A stretch of DNA of 62,921 nucleotides, filler included, from Reticulomyxa filosa (taxonomy: Eukaryota; Protista; Foraminifera), in the NCBI GenBank assembly GCA_000512085.1. It is 11 parts of 11 records of this genome, joined end to end, with 100 filler letters (N's around TTAATTAATTAA, not from the genome) between each part and the next. Parts side by side here need not be neighbours in the genome. Positions count along the whole stretch, not along the records: positions 52,609 to 62,921 come from ASPP01018796.1; 10 more parts are not named here. The stretch is one strand, 5' to 3'. The translations under genes were made by a program, and so were the position numbers. This document shows, piece by piece, positions 52,609 to 62,921 of this stretch. Every line of letters begins with the position of its first letter. Position 1 is the first letter of the stretch. The notes beneath the pieces are model-generated. The model was not told where the DNA came from, ran no database searches, and saw only the letters and a program-made list of their open reading frames with translations.

Positions 52609-55011
52609 AGTGGCCGATGCGGGATTTGTGAAAGATGAGGCGTTAAGTGAGATGTTGCTTTGAAAATAATAAATAAATATATATGTATATATATATATTT
52701 ATATATATATATATACATATATATACACATATATACATATATAATTAGAATGCCGTATTTGGTGGTGGCAAGGGTGTTTGAGAAGTTGGCAAAAACGACA
52801 AAGCGATTGGAGAAAATTGATATAATGGCATGTTTATTTCGATCGGTAATTCTGTTACGACCCACGGAATTGCTTGCAGTCGTGTATTTGTGTTGCAATC
52901 AAATCGCTCCTCCGTATGTTGGACTCGAATTAGGAGTCGGCGATCAAGTCATTATGAAGTCTTTGGGCGAGAGTACTGGACGAAGTTTGAATGATATTAA
53001 ATCCGATTTCACAAAAGCCGGAGATTTGGTTATTTGCATACATATACAATATATATATACATATATGTATATTGTTATTTTGCATTGTCTGTATGTATGT
53101 ATGTATGTATGTATGTATGTATGTATGTGTGTTGTTTTCAATATGCAAGGGAGTGGTCGCGGTAGCTAGTCGATCTCGACAATGCACGATCTTTGCACCG
53201 AGAATGCTGACAGTGCAAAGTGTGTTTTCCACGTTAATAAGTGTGGCGAATTCGGAAGGGAAACAGTCGATGACTCAAAAAGTCCGACTGATCCAGAGTC
53301 TGTTTGTAGCGTCACGTGAGACAGAAGCCAAGTTCATTGTGCGCCATTTGCAAGGCAAGCTGCGCATTGGCGTGAACGAGCAAACGGTGTTAGCGGCTTT
53401 GGGCCGAGCTTGCGCGTTTACGCCACCCGCAAAAGTGCCGCCGGTCGTTGACATGTCCAAAGAATTGATGAATAGCGAGCAAATGGAAGAGTTGGAATGT
53501 CACAACACGGCGTTGATAAAAAAGGCTGTTTGTGAACTGCCCAATTACGAATTGGTCATTCCAGCATTGGTTCGATATGGCATTGATCATTTGAATGAGC
53601 ATTGTCATATTTCGCCAGGTTTATTTATTTTTTTTTTTTTTTTTTGGGAGGGAAAATGAAAAAAAGAATGTAACACTATTGTATATGTATGTGTTCTTTG
53701 TAAAATGATATATTTCAAACAAGGCGTGCCAATCAAAGTAATGTTAGCGAAACCAACGAAAGGAATCGCAGAGATTTTAGAGAGATTCAAAAGTATGAAG
53801 TTCACACTGGAATTCAAATATGATGGCGAAAGGGCGCAAATACATATTCTGTCCGATGGCACCGTCAAAATATTCAGTCGAAATGCTGAAAACGCAACTG
53901 CGAAATTTCCAGATTTGGTCAACAGCATTCGCAAAGTTAAGTGCAATTGCAAAAAAAAAAAAAAAAGTGTTTTGATTTTACTCAACTCATAATTCAACCC
54001 ATTTATAAAACTGGTCTTTGTTCTTGTTGACAGCATTTGAAACCGGACATAACCTCGGCCATCATTGATAGCGAGGTCGTCGCCTACGACCGCAAAGAAC
54101 ACAAAATATTGCCCTTTCAACAATTGACCACGCGCAAACGCAAAGACGTGAACGAAGCTGATGTCACCGTGCAAGTTTGTGTGTATGCCTTTGATTTGCT
54201 GTTTATCAACGGCCAGTCGCTGCTGTCCGAGCCTTTCGAAGTGCGTCGCTCGAAGATGCATCAGGCCTTTGAGCCCAAACAAGGCGAATTTGCCTTTGCT
54301 CACTATAAAGACACCACCGACCCCGAAGAGATCCAACAGTTCCTGGACTTGGCCGTGGAGGCCTGCTGCGAAGGCATAATGGTCAAAACTTTGGATATCG
54401 ACGCCACTTATGAACCTGCTAAGCGATCTCGCAAATGGCTCAAAGTTTTGTAAAAAAACACATGGCTTATGTATTATACGTAACAACGTTTGTATAATAT
54501 ATACGCATACTTGTATAATGCACATTTTAAACAGTGCAAGAAAGATTACTTGGATGGCGTTGGTGATACATTAGATTTAGTGGTGATGGGGGCATTCCAT
54601 GGAACGGGCAAACGAACAGGTACTTATGGGACATATTTACTTGGCTGTTGCAATTCTGAAAATGACAACTTTCAGAGCTTGTGCAAATGTGCCACCGGCT
54701 TTTCCGATGAACAACTAAAAGAGCTAACTGATGTAATGAAAAATCATGTTGTTGGAAAAAAACCCTCTGAATACGAAACTCATATGGACTGTCCAATCTG
54801 GTTTGAACCAAAAATTGTGTGGGAAATCAAATGTGCAGATTTGACCATATCTCCGGTTCACTGTGGTGGTGTGGGTGTTGTTCACGAGTCGAAAGGAATT
54901 GGACTGCGTTTTCCAAGACTTGTGCGAAAAAGAGACGACAAAAGTGTCGATGATGCTACAAGTACTGATCAGGTTATTGAAATGTTTCAAAATCAAAAAC
55001 ATATGCAATAA
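52609..55011 (+). CDS. LIG1: ATP-dependent DNA ligase I (5' end in gap), multi-exon
   Basis: DBD ([17 protein letters not shown]), motif [34 protein letters not shown]|CKKDYL and [14 protein letters not shown]. Confidence 0.97.
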
Positions 55012-55590
55012 ATCATCCATCGAGATGGGCAAATGAGGGAGATTCGGGATTTGGGCTTAATGCTTTTTGCTTATTGTTGTTTTTGTTGCACTGTGCTTGA
55101 ATTTTTTTGAAAATTGAAAGGGTCGTGGGAGGGAAAATGGTCTTTTAAATTAATTGAAAGAGTAAAAACCGCAATTTATTTTTGTTGAAAATTCTGTCAA
55201 AAAAGAATTTACATTTTTCAAAAAATTAGAAAAGATACGATGCTTATTCATCTTTAGTGCGTTGTCTATACAACCTCATCTGCTTACCATATCATATAGG
55301 AGTGATTGCAGAGTATATCCGTCACTGGAAGTTGATTTTTTGTTAAGTTATTGTTGTTAAACAAACGAAAAAAGACATCAAGAGAGTTGGCCTGCGATCG
55401 TGTTAAGGTAGTTTGCAAACTAAAGGTAAACATTATTTAATTCTATAAAAAAAGTATGTTATAACTATTGCTATCATTGCAAAAGTGTTGTATGAGATGA
55501 ACATTTTTTGTAACATATTTGCAAATAGTTGACTCCTCTTCACCACCAACATTGTTGAGAAAAGAAAAATGTTATAGAAAAAAGTTTTTG

Positions 55591-56720
55591 TTACATCATT
55601 GTGCAGCTGACATTGGAGAACCAGCCATGTTGTAGATTGACACCATCAATTTGCATGTCATTTTTGAAGTCTTGCAAACTTTGTGGACTGTGCCAACCAC
55701 TCCAGTTTTCAATTTCGGGGAGCATTTCAATCAAAATGTGTTTATATACTTCCCGCTTTTGCAAGACATAGTTACCAATGACAAAGTATCTGCGTTTAGG
55801 TTTGTTGGTGTTACTAAAGAATTTGTTTTTGAATATTTTGATTTGAAAAAGATGGCTATTTTTGGAAAAGTCAGACAACATGTATTCCAGTTGCTCCGCG
55901 GCTTTTTTCGACTTTTCATCTGTTTTTTTCCTGCTTTCAAGATTATCATTAGTCGGATGTTGAAACACACTACTTCCGCTTAATGCCAGCAGCATTTCCA
56001 CCAATTCAATGGCGTGGTTTTTAATGCAACTGTCAAGCGCACTCTCACCGATTTGATTTTGTAACTGTGTAAATCGAGCGCCATGATAGATCAGCAACTG
56101 CATCAACATCAAGTCCCCTCCGTGCCATTTACCTTTTCTTATCACTTGTTTGTCTTTTTGCGTTTCTTGTGCGCCCTTTTTTGTCTCTGTTGCATCTTCA
56201 GTAACTGGATCTTTTTTTTTTTTTTTTCAATAGCATTGCATATTTTTGGTTTTGCATGCATACGTCCCCCCTTTTTTTTTTTTTTACGATTCTCAAATCT
56301 CAACCCCCCCCTTTTTTTTCACTGTCCAATTCAAGGCTTACCTGAAATTGGAATCCATGTTGCGTTTTGACGCCATCCAATCGTCGCCATTTGCGACCAA
56401 CAAAAGTCAACTTGGGTTTGCAAGTTTCCTATGTATTCCAAAACCACCGATGTTGTGTCGCGGTCCAGTGGAGAGTAGATCATTATCGTGTTCATTATTT
56501 CAGAGGCCAGTTCGAGCAGTTTCAGGGCCTTGTCGATATTTGAGTCCAGAATTGCCAAATATATGGGAGACAAACGAGGATCTTCCACTGATAAATCCAC
56601 ATTTAGGTTTGTATCTGTTGAAATTATAGTGAACATGATCAGAAAAAACTACAAGGGAGGAGACGAAAGAATCACAACACTTATCTCGTTTTGTCTTTAA
56701 CGCAATCAAATCATACTGTC
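55591..56720 (-). CDS. Ankyrin-repeat-containing protein
   Basis: LSPIYLAILDSNIDKALKLL and GGDLMLMQLLIYHGA...NQIGESALDSCIKNHAIELVEMLL. Confidence 0.65.
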
Positions 56721-57618
56721 ACTAGTTTTTTTTTGGATATCAAAAACTTTGCAGTTTTGGTCGTGGATTATTATCATGATCTTGGATTTTAATATCAACA
56801 AGACAGTAAATATTTGCTAAAAAAAAAAAAAAAAGTCGCTTCACTGAGCGTGCGTAATGTCAGTATTTGACGTCTTCTTTCTTTGAAATAGTACACTAAT
56901 CAAAAATAGTTTCTCTTGCTCCGCCCCCCCCCCTTGAATTTTTTTTGTTGGTCAACCGAACAGTTAAACAAATAAAGGCAGATTAAAATCGTTGTTAACA
57001 ATTTTCACAACAAAAAGATTGACCAGTTTTGAATAAATATTTCCTTGGTGATTTTTGTGTACACAGTGCAAGAGCAAAAGCAAGCAACAGTAATTTGAGT
57101 TTAAAATTCTGTGATTTGTTCTCCCCTTTTTTTCCCCTCTCTCTTTCTCTTTCTCTTCTTTTTTTCTTCTCTGTTTTTTGTTTGTTTTTTTTTTTTTGCC
57201 TTCTTCTACTCCAAAAAAAAATTGCTGCAATTTTTGTTTGTTTATTACTGTTGTCGCCCAAGTAGCGTCACTTTAACCCATAATTTGTTGTCTTGCACAA
57301 AAAAAAAAAGGTGATCATTGTGAAATTTTTGGACATTGGAAGAAAGAGACCAAGTAATGCATAGCCAAAACAATATTAAAGCCTTAAACTTTTTTATTTT
57401 TTTTTTTAAAAAAAAATAAAAAAAAAAATAAAAAAGTTTAAGTTTTATCTTTTCTTTGTATGTATGTATATACGTGTGTATGTGCAAGAAGAAGAAGAAG
57501 AAGAAAGCATTAAATAGCACATAAACATATCTAACGAAATTATTTAGAGCTTATTATTGAATAAAAAGCACGTGGAAGGAAAGTGATCGTGTGTATTATT
57601 GGAGCACTTGCACCCTAA

Positions 57619-60600
57619 ATGCTTCAAAGAACGGAGGAATCACCGGGATGGGAGCGACAGTGGCGTAGATATAATTGGGTATGGGACTTCCCAGTGACGA
57701 CAGTGCAGCAAGGCCACAAAGTGGTGAACAACAAAGAAAAAGAAGATGCACGTGACCAAGGAGCAAAGCTGACCTTTGGCGAAGTGTTGGACTGTGGAGT
57801 TTTGTTGGCGTTGCACAATCTTAATGCACGCCGTAAACGAGTGTTTCAAGACTTAGGAATGGGCTCTGGTAAAATGCTTCTTCAGGTATAAGAGTGTGTT
57901 TTTCTTTACGAAGCGATTTTTTTTTTTTTAATTGGCCAAAAAAAAAAAATTTTTTATTTTTTTTTTTTTTTTTTTTTTTGGCAAAGAGCATGCATGCACT
58001 GCATTTTTTTGTTTCGATGACACAAGAGTCAATCCCCCACCCCACACTAAACATATATTCATTCACACAGACTTTTTTGCACTGCACGAGTCTGACACAC
58101 TGTGTCGGGGTGGAATTGGCAAAAGGCCGATATGAATTGGCCGAAAAAAATCTCAAGCAGCTGTTAAAACTGGGATGGAGAAAGCGATCTTTTTTACGAG
58201 TCGAATACAAAAAGGGAGAGTTTATGGTATGTTATTATTATTATGTGTGCAAAAATTTTTTTTTTTTGTACGTATGTGGTGCGTATGTGCGTTTTTTAAT
58301 TTGGGAAAAAAAAAAAAGGGAGAGAAACAAAAAAAAGTGCATTCTTTTTTTTTATGTGTGTGTGTGGATGCAAAACTTGCAGAAAATTGTCGAACGCTTG
58401 CCCAACCAACATCCAAACAACGGCTGGAAAGTTGGTGACGAATGTGTCGCGTTTGTCCCAAATCTCAGAAACGACAAACACAAAATGATTTCGTACAGAG
58501 CACGTATAGTGCAGACTTATTACATCACGTCAAAAAGTAACCCGAGCAAAAGTGACACTCCAATGTGCAATGTGGTCGATGTGGAGTTGTTGGACTACGT
58601 AGGTGAGTCCTCCTCGGACGTAGTCAATCGTCCTCGACATTGGACATAACCACTTCATCGTCCTTGTCCTCCTCCTCCTCCTCTTCGCCCTCCTCTTCCT
58701 CCTCTTCCTCACCCCCCTCCTCTTCCTCTTCCTCTCCCTCTTCCTCTCGTTCCTCCAACATATTCACTGTCGCCACCACCTACGTATTTCTACCCACACA
58801 TGTTCGCACATTGGAAATTTGGCTTGGCAGCTTGTTCGACTACCGCACGCTTTTGTGCTGCAGACTTGTGCATTTTGGAAACAGACTTTCCCTCTGAAAT
58901 GCACCCGCTTTTGGTTCAAAAAATGTGTCAATCGCCAATTGGGTGTACGTTCTTGACGTATCACGACCTGAAGAGACTCGACTGCTTCAATTGGCAGCAT
59001 CTGCGACAACTAGACGTCAATGTCTACGATAGTGACAGATATATCACGAGTTGGTCGCAAGGATGGAAGTTTTATTTGTGGGAGCATGTTGACCCACTTC
59101 ATGCGCCATTTCGATTTTTAGTTACATAACAAAAAAATTTAATTTTTTTTTTTTTTGTGCAAAAAAAAAACTTTTTAATACGTATTTTCGTAACATGTAT
59201 ATATATATATACATATATGTATATATTATTAAATAAAATAATAATAGTAATTAACAAATGATAAAAATGCTTCCACATACAAACAACACTCACGCAAACA
59301 ACATTTTTTTTTTTCCCTTCCTTTCTCACGCACATGCACACATGCACACAGAATCGTCGCGTTCAAGATCTTTTTTATGGCTGCAGTATAGTGTTCTACG
59401 AAAATAAATCGCCCACACAATACCAATACGGTGAAGTAATGTACAACAATACAATTTCCAAAATGCTGTTCATCATGACTTCTGTGGTTACAATGCCAAA
59501 TGACGAAAACGTCAAAAATGATGACGATGATCAACGTCATACCTCCTCTTCTCCCGAATGCTACACCAAAATTATCACTGTCTCGTATCAATCCTCTCTC
59601 TCCAAAAAAAATAGTGCACCCGTGGGAACGCCAAAAAATAATGTGGATTTTCACATCAATGACCTCACCATCTTCTTGTCCAATCATCGCTTCCGGCTTT
59701 ACGAAAAAGTGTCGGCGTTCGTCCCGGCACGCGTGGCCGGAAAAAATTTGGGAAATGGAGACATTTTTGACTTGGAACGGGGCACAGTTGTTGGTATCTT
59801 GCCACAGGCTTTGAGCTACGTTGTTCGGTATGACGAATATTCCAATGAGTATACAACCCAACTATCTCAACAATATGTCTTCAAAGCACCAAGTTTGGTT
59901 TCAAGGAGAGAGAGATTTTTTATTTTTTTATTTGACATGAGGGGGGGGGAAAAAAAATAATAAATTAATATTAAAAAAAAAAAAAAAAATTGAACTTTTT
60001 TTGGTTCCCTTGCGTGGAGTTGCACAAAAGTAAATAAATATCCTGGCACATATACACAAGAGAACGTTTTGTGTTACTGCATTTTTTGCTTGAAAAAGAG
60101 ACACAATTTGCGGTCGGGGACGAAGTAGTGGCGTGCTGGCCAAGAAATGCTCAAAACAAAAACTGTTCTGAGCGATATCGTTTGTTTCCTGGATGTGTGA
60201 CTAACATTAATCCAGACACGACTTATCAAGTGGAATTTGAAATCCCGGAGACTATGTTGCATTCCCTTCTCACTCCAAAATGTATGAGTCTCACGGAAAC
60301 TGATAGTACTAGCAACAGTGCAAATGCAGCTGACCAAAGTAGCTTCGAAACGACACCACAGATCCAAAAAACACAAAAATGTTGTGTTCGCTACGTGCGA
60401 GAGATGTGGATAACATATCCTGATCGAAGAGATCATTACACGCCCTTCAATGATTCTTCTTTTAATGCACATGATGATTTTTATCAAAAATATCCCCCTC
60501 AAACAGTTATAAAATATATACATACATACATACATGCATACATGCATACATAAATATATATTTAAAATTACGTAGTGTTTTTTTTTTTTTTAACAAAATA

Positions 60601-61190
60601 AAAACGTGTACCTTGCACAGTGCTACAAATGGAACATTAACGTGATTTTGGAGTGGCTCAATTATTTGAGTTTGTATCAACTTGTAAAACATATCCGACG
60701 CAATCAATCTTGCACAAAAATCAATGGCAAACATTTATTGGATTTTAAAATAAATGAAAACAGCACCAGCCATAAGGATTCTTTGATATCACAAATTTAT
60801 TCTTTGTTTTTGTTTAATCACAGCAAAATATGCAACCAAGATAGCCCTTCTTCCAGTTCATTTCCAATGACGATGGATACTGATACCACTTCTGACTCCA
60901 AAACATCTTCTCCATCCTCAAACTTTTTAAAGGCAGACTCTTCTGATCAAGTCTCCATGGACGACGCGAGCTTGGATTCATTGAAATTGACATCGTTCGA
61001 ATTGAGGAATTTTTCATCTCAGGTGCAATATTTACAACAGTATCATTTTGTGTATTTTGGTTCTCAAAAGAGCAACGGGCTGAAAACTACCATCAAAAAC
61101 AAATTATTGGAATCAACAAAACCTTCTATCAGTCATTCAAAATTAAAATCGCTCACGAGGTTTATTGCTGACACAAAAGTTAGACATTAA
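57619..61190 (+). CDS. DOT1-like methyltransferase with inserted and appended Tudor/Agenet-like domains and a C-terminal SAM-like domain (frameshifts present)
   Basis: LTFGEV, VFQDLGMGSGKMLLQ, CVGVELAKGRYELA, ADLCIL, IGCTFLTY and TSWS (DOT1-type MTase). WKVGDECVAF, FRLYEKVSAF..YVVRYDE and FAVGDEVVACW..FPGCVT..YQVEFE (Tudor-like). WNINVILEWL...INGKHLL (SAM-like). Confidence 0.75.
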
Positions 61191-61832
61191 ATCTTGCTCG
61201 CTGAGAAAAGACAATTGTTGTTAAAAAATAACTTGACGCGCACTCTGTTCGCTTGAAGAACAGACATTGTTTGCTTCAAAGACATTTCATTTTGTGTTTT
61301 TCTAACAATGTTTTGACGATTTTTCAAAAAATTGGCTTAGAGTTAAATTAATTTCTCAAAGAAATATCAAACGCCATTTGACACACATGTCATATTGCTC
61401 AAAAAAAAAATATTTTAAATAACAATCTAGTGTTAAGAAAGATAGTGTCTTGGAAAATAATTTATATTTTAACAAATTTTTCAAATGTTTCTTAAAAAGT
61501 ATAAGTACTTTTTTTTTTTTACAATTGATATTAATTCGCTATCCTCAGTATAAAAAAGGACTATAGAGAGATCTAAAAAAAAAAAAAACGACAGCCCTAT
61601 GAATGGATGTCTATAATGGTTGTTCGATTATGTAAACTAGTATATTTTGACAATAACAATATGCAACTTTGATGAAGATTTCATGGCTTACAAAATCAAA
61701 ACAAATTGCACACTGCAATTTGATTTTTACAAGTTAAATAGTGATAAAAAAAAAATTAAAAATTGTGTCAACAAAAACAATAACACAAACACAACCGCAA
61801 CCACAAGCATTTTAACCAAAATTGTCTTCTTT

Positions 61833-62850
61833 TCACATGATCAAACAGTTTTTGCGAGTTCGAACCCTTTCAGGTAACATTTCACAAGAAATTTCAATTC
61901 TGGCAATTTCTTCGTCTCTAGGATCACATAGACGTGCAACTTCATCCTCGACGCCACTCCAAACATTTTCTTGCCACCATAGGTCATTGTTTGTTCTGAA
62001 TTCCGCACCACCGACAATTACTTTCAAACATTCGTCTGAAGCACAAAACAAAGAGTTGAGAGTTAATATACTACCTTGTTATCGTTGCTATATTTCTAAT
62101 GTGGATTTGTTTACATATGCATTGCAAAAGTGACTAACTTGGTGCAAGTGTGCGATCACCAGGCAATGAAAACTTTTTACTTTTATCGGCATTGGTGAGA
62201 TAAAAGCCTTTCAAATTGACTTGACCGTTACTTATATTTTGTATTTCCAACGTCGAACTACACAAGTCCATGGCCGAAAATTGAAGAGGACTCGACAGGC
62301 CCGGTGTCTAATTCAATATAATTTTGTATCCCATCTTTATTACTATCTCATTTTTTTTTTTTAGAAAGAAAAAAAAAATGCATGCACTAATATTATTATT
62401 ACGTCTGTCGTCAATCCAATGATTCTCAACTTCAAAAAACTCCAATATCGACTTTTGAGATTTGGTGGACTGATCAATTTCGTTTTGTTCAGGACTTTTG
62501 CGTTTGTGTGCCGAGTCCTTTCCAGATGATCCAGCGCCATTCTTTTGATTACTAAAATTGCTGCTGTTCTTGTTTTCATCATTTTCTTCGTCGCCACAAT
62601 TTTCGTCTACCTCATCCAGTTGTTGTTCCTTCTCTGTTTCCACAAAACCCTTTTCTTGTCCATTATTCGTACCACTTTTTTTCCCGCCACTTCCAGCGTT
62701 TGTCACTGTCGCGGTCTCTTTCCCCCACGTCGAGCCAGGAGTGATTTCATTGGGACTACCAGTGAGCATGCGTTTCTTACGTCCTGACCCAAATAAATTG
62801 GAATAGTATCCAGCTTCTTTTTCAGCTTCGCTTAATATACTGCGATACAA
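61833..62850 (-). CDS. Nuclear lamin-like protein, C-terminal part (rod end, NLS, lamin tail domain, CaaX); 5' end beyond window
   Basis: Exons 62850-62431, 62307-62139 and 62035-61833 splice in frame. They give LYRSILSEAE (IF consensus), GRKKR, LEIQNISNGQVNLKGFYL..KFSLPGDRTLAPNECLKV..LWWQENVWS..ARLCDPRDEEIA (LTD) and terminal CLIM*. Confidence 0.85.
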
Positions 62851-62921
62851 CTATAAGTGTTATTTTTTGAAATTTTTATACACCACACACACACACGTCC
62901 TTTTTCATAAAGGGGGGAGGG

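Noticed and set aside
53605-54525. 306-aa antisense ORF over LIG1 (and similar antisense ORFs at 27335-28033, 28175-28753, 59229-59861)
   Set aside because: Shadow ORFs opposite well-supported coding exons, with no recognisable motifs.
11068-61190. YEATS and DOT1-like genes as a linked ENL/AF9-DOT1 module
   Set aside because: They are about 45 kb and several assembly gaps apart, and the YEATS protein shows no AHD-like C-terminus.

Overview
AT-rich, intron-rich eukaryotic genomic DNA from a draft scaffold. Eleven contigs are joined by ten artificial 100-bp N-TTAATTAATTAA-N linkers. The lineage-expanded WD40 and Kelch families, the many pseudogenes and the homopolymer-laden introns suggest a foraminiferan such as Reticulomyxa filosa (inference). 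Recognisable genes: DNA ligase I, DCN1, a UBC8/UBE2H-type E2, TMEM41, a PHO84/GIT1-type MFS transporter, a monoglyceride lipase-like hydrolase, a 7TM receptor-like protein, a CREST-like membrane protein, a SAM plus C2H2 zinc-finger protein and an ankyrin protein. Decayed USP9/24/34-like, G-beta, WD40 and Kelch copies are also present. Most notable: (1) many introns lack the 3' polypyrimidine tract and instead carry complementary T-tract/A-tract (or GTAT/ATAC) arms that could fold the intron into a hairpin; (2) a nuclear lamin C-terminus with IF consensus, NLS, lamin-tail domain and CaaX; (3) a DOT1-like methyltransferase fused to Tudor-like and SAM-like domains; (4) a YEATS plus C-CAP beta-helix fusion facing a decayed paralogue; (5) an FABP-like first exon; (6) a foldback/MITE-like element with ~175-bp inverted repeats. 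All calls are from reading the sequence, without database searches.
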